A DNA stretch of 63,581 nt, the filler included. It is 9 parts of 9 records of this genome, joined end to end, with 100 filler letters (N's around TTAATTAATTAA, not from the genome) between each part and the next. Parts side by side here need not be neighbours in the genome. Positions count along the whole stretch, not along the records: positions 31,824 to 43,461 come from SRR20825010_6152; positions 43,562 to 52,036 come from SRR20825010_6158; 7 more parts are not named here. One strand, given 5' to 3'. The first letter of the stretch is position 1. The number at the start of each line of letters is the position of its first letter. Shown here in pieces: positions 41,793-50,820 of this stretch. Position numbers and translations under genes: made by a program. The notes below the pieces were generated by a model. That model made no database searches, had not been told where the DNA came from, and saw only the letters and a list, made by a program, of their open reading frames with translations.

Positions 41793-43277
41793 ATGAACAG
41801 TTTAGATTTAATCGTATTCTTCATTTACATAGGTGGAATAGCCCTTTTCGGAGGTTCGTTTTTTAAGAAAAGTAGAACTTCCTCTTCCTACACCATGGGC
41901 AACAACGATATCCCTGGCTGGGTAGTTACCATGTCCATTTTTGCCACCTTTGTAAGTAGCATAAGTTACCTTGCACTGCCGGGAAACGCCTATCAATCCA
42001 ATTGGAATGCCTTGGCTTTTAGCCTTTCCCTTCCCATTGCCTCATTGATTGCAGTAAAATATTTTGTCCCCCTTTACAGAAAGATCAATAGCCCTTCTGC
42101 CTACACCTATATGGAACAACGTTTCGGGGCCTGGGCAAGAATCTATGTCTCCCTTTGTTATTTATTGACCCAGTTAATGCGTATAGGGACCATCTTATAC
42201 CTCTTGGCCCTTACCTTGAATGCCATTGTTGGTTGGGATATGGTCACCATCATTATTTTTACCGGTTTGGTTGTATCCATCTACTCCATGTTAGGCGGAA
42301 TTACAGCGGTATTATGGACAGATGCCATACAGGGAATTATATTGATCTTTGGTGCCGTGGTATGTGTTGGCTTTATTCTCTTTAATATGCCAGAAGGTCC
42401 GGGACAAGTTTTCCAAATAGCTGCAGAGAATGATAAATTTGGACTGGGAAGCTTCAGTCTTAGTCTCACCGAACCTACCTTCTGGGTAGTACTTGTTTAC
42501 GGTATATTTATTAACCTACAGAATTATGGTATAGACCAGAATTATGTACAGCGTTATATGGCCTCGAAATCTGACAAGGAAGCCCGAAAATCGGCCCTGA
42601 TAGGCGGTCTGATCTATCTGCCTATTTCAGCGGTATTTCTATTTATTGGTACCTCGCTTTTTGCCTATTACCATTCAGCAGCTACCCTGCCCGTAGAGTT
42701 ACAGGACATAAATAAGAGCGATAGTGTATTCCCCCATTTTATAGTAAATGCCCTGCCTGCTGGGATAACAGGACTAATGATCGCCTCTATCTTTGCTGCT
42801 GGGATGAGTACCATATCAACAAGTTTTAATAGTTCCGCAACCGTTTTTCTTACGGATTATTACAATAAATATTTTAAAAAGACGGCGTCCGACAAAGAGG
42901 GAATGCGAGTGCTCTATATTTCATCGGCTATCATTAGCGTTATCGGGATCGTTATTGCCATTGCTATGATCAATGTAAAAAGTGCCTTGGATGCCTGGTG
43001 GAAACTCTCTTCCATTTTTAGTGGCGGCATGTTGGGACTGTTACTTTTGGGACTATTCTCTAAAACCAAAAATGTAAAAGGGGCCCTTATAGGGGTATTG
43101 GTCGGTATTTTGGTTATTGTCTGGATGAGTTTATCCGGTACTCTTTTCGGGGAGGATTCCCTTGGGGCTTCCTTCCACACTTATTTGACCATTGTATTTG
43201 GGACTGCGGCCATATTCCTAGTGGGCTTCCTGATATCCATATTCAATAAAAAGACCGATGAAATCTATGAAAATTAA
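41793..43277 (+). CDS. Sodium:solute symporter (SSS/SLC5; SiaT-like branch)
   Basis: SIFATFVSSISYLALPG.AY, SAYTYMEQRFG, WTDAIQ, DQNYVQRY, IFAAGMSTISTS.NS. Confidence 0.92.
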   Translation: MNSLDLIVFFIYIGGIALFGGSFFKKSRTSSSYTMGNNDIPGWVVTMSIFATFVSSISYLALPGNAYQSNWNALAFSLSLPIASLIAVKYFVPLYRKINSPSAYTYMEQRFGAWARIYVSLCYLLTQLMRIGTILYLLALTLNAIVGWDMVTIIIFTGLVVSIYSMLGGITAVLWTDAIQGIILIFGAVVCVGFILFNMPEGPGQVFQIAAENDKFGLGSFSLSLTEPTFWVVLVYGIFINLQNYGIDQNYVQRYMASKSDKEARKSALIGGLIYLPISAVFLFIGTSLFAYYHSAATLPVELQDINKSDSVFPHFIVNALPAGITGLMIASIFAAGMSTISTSFNSSATVFLTDYYNKYFKKTASDKEGMRVLYISSAIISVIGIVIAIAMINVKSALDAWWKLSSIFSGGMLGLLLLGLFSKTKNVKGALIGVLVGILVIVWMSLSGTLFGEDSLGASFHTYLTIVFGTAAIFLVGFLISIFNKKTDEIYEN

Positions 43278-43461
43278 ATAAGAAAGTAGTTTTATGGGAT
43301 TGAAAGGGCGCAACAATAGGATTATGTAATCAAATACCTGATAAGGTAGATTATCTCTATTTAGTATGAATTTCGTAATTTTAACATCTTGGATTTATTG
43401 CCCACTAAATTAAATAACTTAACGTGAGTTTGACATAAAAATATTATCAACACATTGATTT

Positions 43462-43561
43462 NNNNNNNNNNNNNNNNNNNNNNNNNNNNNNNNNNNNNNN
43501 NNNNNTTAATTAATTAANNNNNNNNNNNNNNNNNNNNNNNNNNNNNNNNNNNNNNNNNNNN
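43462..43561. other. Artificial contig spacer
   Basis: N44-TTAATTAATTAA-N44. Confidence 0.98.
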
Positions 43562-43692
43562 ACATGACGCTGGAAACCGTCGCCGCCATTTGCGACACTG
43601 CACCAATGGACCCGGCGAAAATCGCCGCCCTGTAACTGCGGCCGAGCCAAGGCCGACGAGCAAAGTTATTCCAGTCCTCGGGACACTATCCC
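43562..43692 (+). mobile_element. Right end of an IS256-family element (transposase C-terminus plus terminal inverted repeat)
   Basis: 43564-43635 reads MTLETVAAICDTAPMDPAKIAAL*, resembling the YMTLET tail of alphaproteobacterial IS256 transposases; followed by AAGTTATTCCAGTCCTCGGGACACTATCC, an IS256-like end. Family call is from recalled similarity. Confidence 0.65.
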
Positions 43693-44087
43693 TGCTTTGC
43701 GGCAGCTTGCAGGTCCTCCATGCCGAAGGTCTAGAGCAGGCGCAGCACCTGAACATACTCGCGCCGCCCCATTTTCAGCATGCGCGCTTCCATGAGACGG
43801 CGCAGGGTTTGGAGCTCTTTAGGCAAATCCTACTCCGTCAAGGGCGCGGCTTGATCCAGGGCATTGATCTTGCGCTCGATAAGCGGAAGGTAGTGGGCCG
43901 GATCGAAGACCATGTCCTCGCGGTCGTAGCAGCGCGCATGCCGCGCAATGACATTGCCGTCGCAGCCTATCATCACCCGGTCGACGCAGGCGCGGGTCCA
44001 GACATCCTGATGCCCATAGGCGACCGGGACCGGGTAATCGTTGGTGTCGTAGCTCACGCGCAACTGCGAGTTGACCTTGCCGTTGGC
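43693..44087 (-). pseudogene. istA: IS21-family transposase (IstA) C-terminal fragment with in-frame stops
   Basis: One frame reads YDTNDYPVPVAYGHQDVW...HARCYDREDMVFDPAHYLPLIERKINALDQAAPLTE*DLPKELQTLRRLMEARMLKMGRREYVQVLRLL*TFG; TAG stops at 43830-43832 and 43731-43733. Confidence 0.85.
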
Positions 44088-44088
44088 T

Positions 44089-44296
44089 TACCTGGCCTGC
44101 CGCCGGTTCCGAGGCAAGACGCGGGATCGACGCGTGGATCACCTATTGCAACGAGAGACGCCCGTACGCATCCCACGTGTTGCTGACGCTAGCGGAGGCC
44201 TTTGATACCGGGAGCCAAAAAGTGGCAACCGCCGCTAGTCATGAAACCCATGCTGTAGCCCGTTGGCAAACTGGTCGAACATTCGGGACCACCTCG
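44089..44296 (+). mobile_element. Degenerate IS3-family fragment (OrfB C-terminus plus right end)
   Basis: From 44105: GSEARRGIDAWITYCNERRPYASHVLLTLAEAFD (decayed YN..RPHS....TP.E motif); ends AAACTGGTCGAACATTCGGGACCACCTC, an IS3-like right end. Confidence 0.7.
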
Positions 44297-44366
44297 CTGC
44301 GCTAAAACTCGAAAAGATCTCTCGGAGCACATGTGGCATTGGCTCCGCGCATTTCCGTCTCACCAC

Positions 44367-45857
44367 CTACCAGTTCGCGTAGAATTTATCGACATGCGGA
44401 AAGAGGTCCGCTGCAAGCTGGACCCGAGATTGTTCGCAGATTTGTGGCGAACGGCCCAAACTGGCCGCGATCTCATCAAGTATCTGGTCGCGATCCACAT
44501 TCACGAACCGACCGTCCTTGAGGACGCTGCGACCGCCAATCAGCACCTGCAGCACAAACTCGGGCCGGGCGCGGCGCACCAGAACCTCAGCAAAAGGCCG
44601 CGTGGGGTCTTGCCAAGGATAGGTCAGCCGGGACCAATCCAGCAACACCAGATCGGCCTCGCAACCGACTTCCAGTCGTCCGACCCGGTCGGCAAAGGGC
44701 GTCGTCGCGGCGCCATATTCGGTCGCCATCTGCAGCACCTGCGCGGCCGACGGGGCCGGCGAGCTGTGCCCGGACGGCCGGTGCAGAGTCTGCACCAGCC
44801 GCATTTCCTGCATCATGTCGCGGTCGTCGTTTATACCCGCCTCATCAATGCCCATGGCGACCGGAACGCCAGAGGCAAGAAAGCCGTTGAGGTCGGCAGT
44901 TCCGCTTTTTAGCCGCAGATTGGACGAACAGTTGTGGCATAGACACACGCCGCGCTCAGCACAAAGTGCAAGGTCATCGGCGGTCATCCAGACGGCATGG
45001 CCCAGCGTGGTTTGCGGGCCCAGCAGTCCGAAACGATCCAGATGGGCAACGGCCGATCCGCCGGTGCGTTGGCGGGCGTATTCGACCTGATACGGAGTCT
45101 CGAGCAGGTGAATGTGCATAGGCGCGCCGGTTCGCCCGGACATCTCCGCCGCGCTTTCCAGCGCCGCATCCGACAGCCAGTGCAGGTTCGACGGGCCGAT
45201 CTGGATCGCAGTCATCGGATCCCCGGCATACCGGCTGCGTAGGGCGTCAAAGATGGCGACCTGGTCCGACAGGGGCAAGGCAAAGGCTCCAAGGTATTCC
45301 GCGGTGGGCGCACGCAGCGGTTCTGGCAACGTCGCCACAAAGTCCTGATCCGCCGCATAGACCAGCCGGTTTTGATCACGCAGGGCAAAGGAATAGGACA
45401 CCCGCATCCCAATCTCGGCGTAGGCCGAAAGGATCTCATCCGCCCGCCCCAGCACGCCCTCTGGTGTCCCCGGCGCACGCGCGTGCAGGTGCTGAACCGT
45501 CGTCACGCCAGAGGCGATCATCTCAAACGCTGAAAAAAGTGTGTCCAGTCGGGGCGCGACTTCACGCAGGCCGATCCGCGCCGCGATCCACAGTTCCAGC
45601 GGCAGATCAGGCACGCCCAGTTGGAATGGTGTCAGACCCACATGATGGTGGGCGTTGATCAGTCCGGGGATGACAACCTGTCCCGAACCCCCAATCCGTT
45701 CGGCATCGGGGTGATCGCGGCGCAACGTCTCTGCCGGGCCGATGGCGGCAACCTTGCCGTCACGGATCAGCAGCGCGGCATCCTCTCGCAGGTCGGGGGT
45801 GTGGTCGGGTCCAAAGCCGACAAGGATGCGGTCGGCTATTACGAGCGTTTCGGTCAT
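44367..45857 (-). CDS. Metal-dependent amidohydrolase (SsnA/AtzA/guanine-deaminase-like)
   Basis: PGLINAHHH, HIHLLET (HxxE), LGHAVW, SNLRLKSG, GIDE, GRLEVG..ADL. Confidence 0.9.
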   Translation of the reverse strand: MTETLVIADRILVGFGPDHTPDLREDAALLIRDGKVAAIGPAETLRRDHPDAERIGGSGQVVIPGLINAHHHVGLTPFQLGVPDLPLELWIAARIGLREVAPRLDTLFSAFEMIASGVTTVQHLHARAPGTPEGVLGRADEILSAYAEIGMRVSYSFALRDQNRLVYAADQDFVATLPEPLRAPTAEYLGAFALPLSDQVAIFDALRSRYAGDPMTAIQIGPSNLHWLSDAALESAAEMSGRTGAPMHIHLLETPYQVEYARQRTGGSAVAHLDRFGLLGPQTTLGHAVWMTADDLALCAERGVCLCHNCSSNLRLKSGTADLNGFLASGVPVAMGIDEAGINDDRDMMQEMRLVQTLHRPSGHSSPAPSAAQVLQMATEYGAATTPFADRVGRLEVGCEADLVLLDWSRLTYPWQDPTRPFAEVLVRRARPEFVLQVLIGGRSVLKDGRFVNVDRDQILDEIAASLGRSPQICEQSRVQLAADLFPHVDKFYANW

Positions 45858-46513
45858 CCGGGAATTCCATCTGTATGAGCGGTTGCAAGCAGGCGGCGCA
45901 CCGCTGCGGGAACGGGTTCGATCAACGGCACTGGAGCGTCCGCCGAAATGGTGCGCGCTGCGACAGCCAGCGGCCCGCCGCCAATGATGATGGCTCCAAG
46001 CGCGCCGTCCCGTTCGGCCTCGGCACAGGCGCGCTGACAGGCCGCAAGCAAGGCATCCGTCAGCGCCGACGCATCGGACATAAGCTGCTGGGGATCGCCG
46101 GGAGTGACCCAGGTGCCTGCATACCCATCGTGACTGGCCCGCTGTGCGGCAAGGTCGATCCGCCCGACCAGTTGCGGCGTCGTCGTCACCACGGCAAAGC
46201 GAGGCGCGAGGGCGGCGGCCTCAGCGATCGACGCCTCTGCAAGGCCGGTGGCATGGGATAGCCCCGCGGCGCGCAGCTCCATCAGCCCCGGATCGCCGAA
46301 CCCAGCCACGATCACCGCGCCTGCAAGAGACGGTGCCAGCGCCGCGACGCGGATGGCGGCCGCGTCCAACGCATCGGGGTTCAAAATGGTCGGCGGGGCG
46401 TCCGGGATGGTCACGCCCTGGACAGTGACGCCGGGCGCGACCGAGCGGGCAATAGCAACCATCGCCTCTGTCACCGCGCGCGAACTGTTGGGATTAACCA
46501 GCGTGATTTTCAT
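45854..46513 (-). CDS. Asp/Glu/hydantoin racemase family protein lacking the catalytic cysteines
   Basis: MKITLVNPNSS..VT..M, AGFGDPG, GLAEAS, IIIGGGPL, VPLIEPV. Confidence 0.85.
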   Translation of the reverse strand: MKITLVNPNSSRAVTEAMVAIARSVAPGVTVQGVTIPDAPPTILNPDALDAAAIRVAALAPSLAGAVIVAGFGDPGLMELRAAGLSHATGLAEASIAEAAALAPRFAVVTTTPQLVGRIDLAAQRASHDGYAGTWVTPGDPQQLMSDASALTDALLAACQRACAEAERDGALGAIIIGGGPLAVAARTISADAPVPLIEPVPAAVRRLLATAHTDGIPG

Positions 46514-47421
46514 CGTGTGTTCCAGACCGGAAGATCCAGCCCTGCCCGCCAGGCATGTGCAATCTGGTCACGGCGCGCGATCCAGACATCGGGGTGGTTC
46601 AGAACATGGTCCAACACCTGTTCCAGTCCGCTGATCCGTGCCGGGCGCCCGATAATGCGCAGGTGCAGCCCGATGGACAGCATCCGTGGGGCGTGAGCGC
46701 TTTCGTCAAGCAGCCGGTCGAAGGCGGCGATGCAATAGCGTGAGAAGTCCTCGGCAAAGACAAAGCCGCCCCGATTGAAGAACCGCATGTCGTTGGTGTC
46801 AAAGGCATAGGGCAGCACCACATGCGGGCCATTCGGACCGGGGACAGTAAAGGGGATATCGTCGTTGTAAGCATTGCTGTCGTAAAGAAAGCCGCCGTTT
46901 TCCTGTAGCAGATCGCGCGTGCGCGGCGAGGTGGCAGAGCGGGTGTGCCAGCCGACCGGAGCCTCACCACAGGCCGCCGCAATCGCGTCGCTGCAATCGG
47001 CAATCGCCTTGCGCTCTTGCACGGCGTCCATGTGAACGTGACGCTCCCACCGATACCCATGAGCGGCGATCTCATGGCCGTCCGCGACGGCCTCCTGCGC
47101 AAGCCAGGGAAGGCGAGCGATTGCCCGTCCGCAGGCGTTCAGGGTCGCCGGGACACGACGATCCTGCAGCGCCTGCCGGATGCGCGGCCAGCCCGCGCGC
47201 GGGCCGTATTCAAAATGGCTTTCCATGCACAGGTCGATCTCACCCTCGACCGGCTCGACCGCCTCATAGATGAACTCGTTGCACTCATCCCCGTCGGCGA
47301 TTGACAGTTCTGCACCTTCCTCGACGTTGACGACAAACGATACGGCCAAGCCGGCCCCGTTCGGCCAGTGGCGCATGGGGGGCTGCCCCCCATGTCCGAT
47401 GAAGTCCCGCCGGTCAGTCAT
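46510..47421 (-). CDS. PuuE-like polysaccharide-deacetylase-fold (CE4) amidohydrolase
   Basis: WPNGAGLAVSFVVNVEEG, ESHFEYGPRAG, HEIAAHGYRW, YDSNAYNDDIP, DTNDMRF, SIGLHLRIIGRPAR. Confidence 0.88.
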   Translation of the reverse strand: MTDRRDFIGHGGQPPMRHWPNGAGLAVSFVVNVEEGAELSIADGDECNEFIYEAVEPVEGEIDLCMESHFEYGPRAGWPRIRQALQDRRVPATLNACGRAIARLPWLAQEAVADGHEIAAHGYRWERHVHMDAVQERKAIADCSDAIAAACGEAPVGWHTRSATSPRTRDLLQENGGFLYDSNAYNDDIPFTVPGPNGPHVVLPYAFDTNDMRFFNRGGFVFAEDFSRYCIAAFDRLLDESAHAPRMLSIGLHLRIIGRPARISGLEQVLDHVLNHPDVWIARRDQIAHAWRAGLDLPVWNTR

Positions 47422-48221
47422 GACGCAGCGGCGTCGACCAGCGCGCGGGTCAGCCCCGCGTCCCAGCGTAGCAGGTCGCCCTCGGCATAATCGGGGCGCA
47501 TCAGAGAGGAGGAGACGATCGCGCCATCCGCCGCCGCCAGCACGTCCTGCGCGTTCTGCGCCGTGACACTGCCGCCGATCAGGATTGGCCGTTTCACCCC
47601 GGCCCCCCGCGCCGCGCGGATGCGCGCTAAGCTGTCGGGCACGTCCGATCCGGTAATCACAAGCGCATCAGCACCATTATGCACCGCCGAAACTGCGGCG
47701 CGTTCAGGCGTGACGGCGATCGTCGGCACGCAGGTGCGGTCAAAGACGTCGGCCATGATTGCGACGTTGTCGGCCTGCAACCGGTGGCGATAGCTGACCG
47801 CCTCAACGGCAAGCGCCTCGCGGTGGCCCTCAAAGGTCATGGCCGCACCGACAAAAATCTTGAGACGGACGAAATCCGCGCCAGAGGCATGAGCAATGGC
47901 GATGGGCGCGCAAGCGTCATGAGCCTGCACGATGATGCCCAGACTCATCTCCGGAAAGGCCCGCTTCATCGTCCGTCCCAGCGCTGCGGTCAGTGCCACG
48001 GTTTCCGGCGCGGCTTCACCTTTTTGGCGAGTTTGATCCTGAAGGATCACATGGTCGATGCCTCCCGAAACCAACGCCTCAGTGTTGGCCAAGGTGTAGT
48101 CCTCGAGGAAGGCAGGGCTGAGATGGCGGCGCACCGACAGATCGGGCAAATGCAGGGCAGCCACAAGGAACGGCTTGCCGGGACGGGGCGACAGGCCGGG
48201 GTTTTGCGTGGTGTCGGTCAT
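47418..48221 (-). CDS. BtpA/SgcQ family TIM-barrel protein
   Basis: ALHLP, GGID..ILQD, IAHASGADFVR, IMADV, GADALVITG, LIGGSVT..N......ADGAIVSS. Confidence 0.85.
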   Translation of the reverse strand: MTDTTQNPGLSPRPGKPFLVAALHLPDLSVRRHLSPAFLEDYTLANTEALVSGGIDHVILQDQTRQKGEAAPETVALTAALGRTMKRAFPEMSLGIIVQAHDACAPIAIAHASGADFVRLKIFVGAAMTFEGHREALAVEAVSYRHRLQADNVAIMADVFDRTCVPTIAVTPERAAVSAVHNGADALVITGSDVPDSLARIRAARGAGVKRPILIGGSVTAQNAQDVLAAADGAIVSSSLMRPDYAEGDLLRWDAGLTRALVDAAAS

Positions 48222-49345
48222 GTGTGTGCGGTCTTTCCAGTCAGGTCGGGGTCGGCCAAAAGGTTCAGCCCGTCATCAAGGCGGAACAGGTGCAAGGCGG
48301 CCAGATCAAAGGCCAGCCGAAAGTCGCTGCCGGGCTGCGGCGCGGCGGCAGGAGCGACGCGCGCGACGATCTCGCGCTCCCCGGTCTTGAGAAAGACCAG
48401 AGTGTCGGACCCAAGTGGTTCAACCACGGATACCGGCAGCTCAAGCCAAGCAGAGTCGGTTCCCGGTTCGGGGGTTGCAGTGAAATGTTCGGGCCGTATG
48501 CCAAGGGTCATTTTGCCACCTGCCGACGCCTCCCGTTCAACCGCATCGCGGTATCGGGCGGGGATCGGAATCCGTGCGCCCGATTCAAGTTCCAGCATCC
48601 CGTCCACGGCAGTCACCGGGATCAAGTTCATCGGCGGCGCGCCCATGAACGCGGCGACAAATCGGCTGCGCGGTTGGTTGTAGATTTCGTCAGGAGTGCC
48701 CAGTTGCTCGATCCGCCCGCCGTTCAACACGACGATCTGATCGGCAAGAGTCATTGCCTCAACCTGATCATGGGTCACATAGACGACCGTGGTCTTCAAC
48801 TGACCATGCAACCGCTTGATTTCCGTGCGCATCTCGGCGCGCAGCTTGGCGTCAAGGTTGGACAGTGGTTCATCGAACAGGAACGCTTTGGGGTCGCGCA
48901 CGATGGCGCGGCCCATGGCGACCCGCTGGCGCTGACCGCCGGACAAATCGCGGGGCCGCCGATCCAGCAGATGTTCGATCTGCAAAATTTCGGCCGCATC
49001 TTCGAGCCGTCGCTTGGCCTCGTCCTTGGGAACGCCGCGCATCTTGAGACCGAAGCCGATGTTTTCACGCACTTTCATGTGCGGGTAAAGCGCATAGTCC
49101 TGAAACACCATGGCCACGTCGCGGCCGCGCGGAGGGATGTCGTTGACCAGAACGCCGCCGATCTCGATCTCGCCCCCGCTGATCGTTTCCAGTCCCGCAA
49201 TCATCCGAAGCAAGGTGGATTTGCCACAGCCAGAGGGGCCGACGAACACCGTGAACGCCCCTTCGGGCACCTCTAGGTCGATGCCATGCACGACTTGCGT
49301 GGTGCCATAGCTTTTCGTGACGTTGCGCAGTTTCAGACCGGTCAT
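48218..49345 (-). CDS. Carbohydrate ABC transporter ATP-binding subunit (MalK/UgpC family)
   Basis: GPSGCGKST, VFQDYALYPHM, LSGGQRQR, FLFDEPLSNLD, YVTHDQVEA, LGIRPEH. Confidence 0.96.
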   Translation of the reverse strand: MTGLKLRNVTKSYGTTQVVHGIDLEVPEGAFTVFVGPSGCGKSTLLRMIAGLETISGGEIEIGGVLVNDIPPRGRDVAMVFQDYALYPHMKVRENIGFGLKMRGVPKDEAKRRLEDAAEILQIEHLLDRRPRDLSGGQRQRVAMGRAIVRDPKAFLFDEPLSNLDAKLRAEMRTEIKRLHGQLKTTVVYVTHDQVEAMTLADQIVVLNGGRIEQLGTPDEIYNQPRSRFVAAFMGAPPMNLIPVTAVDGMLELESGARIPIPARYRDAVEREASAGGKMTLGIRPEHFTATPEPGTDSAWLELPVSVVEPLGSDTLVFLKTGEREIVARVAPAAAPQPGSDFRLAFDLAALHLFRLDDGLNLLADPDLTGKTAHT

Positions 49346-50820
49346 GATGAGAACTCCGCGAAACGATCATCGGAAATGCGCGACGACGACGCGCTCCAGA
49401 ACCCCTCGGGAGGTTCCATAAAGGGCGCAAGCCCAGCGCGCTCAACGATGCGCTCGGACTCGCGTTCGGCGCGGGCCTGGATCGCGCGAGCATCGACAAC
49501 CTCCGGGCAGCGATTTTCCATTAGCACACGGCCATCCACTACAACGTGATCCACATCCTGCCCCGCCGCCTGGTGCACGACCCGGTGGACCGCCATGTAC
49601 ATTGGCGTCAAATGCGGACGCAGACCTCCGCCAAGGGTAATCACGTCGGCCTTTTTACCGACTTCCAGCGAGCCGATGTCACTGTCCATCCCAAGCGCCT
49701 TGGCGGCATCGATCGTCGCCATCTCCAGCAGCTTTCCGGTCGGCATGACGGAACTGTCCTGAAAATGGTTCTGTTGCAGGCGCATAGCGACGCGCAGGTT
49801 CGGCAGCAGATCAAAGCTGGTGCGCGGCGAGGTGCCATCGGTGGTGATCGCCACGTTCGCGCCGGCCTCGATCAGTTCGACAACCGGACAGCGCGCCCGC
49901 CCCATCGACCCGGCCAGCGGCGCGTGGCCCACCGAGGTGCCGGTGTCCGCGATGATGCGCACCTCGTCGATACCCAGCCCGGTACAGTGCTGTACAAGCA
50001 CATCCGGCCCAAGCAACCCGTTGGGATCGCGGCTTGCCAGCCGCACCATGCCGCCAAAGGCGTCCGAATGGATGCGCACCCCATGTTCACGCGCGGATTC
50101 GCGGATCCGGCGCGATTGCATCAGGTCGTGATCGGTCAGGCGCGCCTTATCGGCGGGGGTCGGGCCGGAACTGTCGCAGGACGGCACAATCAGAAAGGGC
50201 GTCAACATCACCCGGATGCGGTCATTCGCACCGCCGTGCCAGTCGCGGATAACCTGCTCGGCGCCGGTCATTGCGTCCTCAAAGGTGAACGGCGCGTCAT
50301 GTGGGATGCCGTCGCGCCACTGGGTGGCGGGCCGGGGGTAGGGCGGATTGCAGGGTCCGGTCGCCACGATTTCACGCAGGCCAGCCTCTGCATAAGAGGC
50401 GGCATGGGCCCCGGCCAGCGCAGGATCGTCACTGCGCGGTTCGGATGCGATGACGCACAGGCCAGTGGTTACGCCGAACATCAACCGCTCCAGCGCCGAA
50501 AGCTGGCCCTCCGCCGACCAGAAATCGGTATCGGTATGATGGTAATAGGTGCGCGTCACCACTTTGCCCCAGAACGACGGCGTGTCCGAGGCGACCGTCT
50601 TGAGCAGGCCATGCCCGCCGTGGCCGTGGGCATCCACCAGACCGGGCAGGATGATGCCGCCGTCAGCCTCAAGCACCCTTGAGGCGTCTTGGGGACCGGT
50701 GGCGGCGGGTCCGACATATGTGATGCGCCCGTCGCTGACCGCGACGCTTGCGTCGGGGATGATGCGGCGGTCTTGGTCCATCGTAACGACGGTTCCGCCG
50801 CGGATCAGGAGATCGGTCAT
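49342..50820 (-). CDS. Metal-dependent amidohydrolase (MtaD/SsnA-like, divergent active site)
   Basis: MTDLLIRGG start (ATGA overlap at 50817-50820), PGLVDAHGH, RIHSD, VQHC, ITTDG, GSLEVGKKAD. Confidence 0.88.
   Translation of the reverse strand: MTDLLIRGGTVVTMDQDRRIIPDASVAVSDGRITYVGPAATGPQDASRVLEADGGIILPGLVDAHGHGGHGLLKTVASDTPSFWGKVVTRTYYHHTDTDFWSAEGQLSALERLMFGVTTGLCVIASEPRSDDPALAGAHAASYAEAGLREIVATGPCNPPYPRPATQWRDGIPHDAPFTFEDAMTGAEQVIRDWHGGANDRIRVMLTPFLIVPSCDSSGPTPADKARLTDHDLMQSRRIRESAREHGVRIHSDAFGGMVRLASRDPNGLLGPDVLVQHCTGLGIDEVRIIADTGTSVGHAPLAGSMGRARCPVVELIEAGANVAITTDGTSPRTSFDLLPNLRVAMRLQQNHFQDSSVMPTGKLLEMATIDAAKALGMDSDIGSLEVGKKADVITLGGGLRPHLTPMYMAVHRVVHQAAGQDVDHVVVDGRVLMENRCPEVVDARAIQARAERESERIVERAGLAPFMEPPEGFWSASSSRISDDRFAEFSS

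Noticed and set aside
43590-44186. 198-aa plus-strand ORF
   Set aside because: Runs antisense across the istA remnant and both IS junctions; better explained by the IS fragments.
46510-47421. Assigning the symbol puuE (allantoinase)
   Set aside because: Clearly PuuE-like but diverged in several motifs and not among urate/allantoin genes; substrate left open.
47679-50682. Long plus-strand ORFs (334, 350 and 378 aa)
   Set aside because: Antisense to the coupled BtpA, ABC ATPase and amidohydrolase genes; typical high-GC shadow frames.
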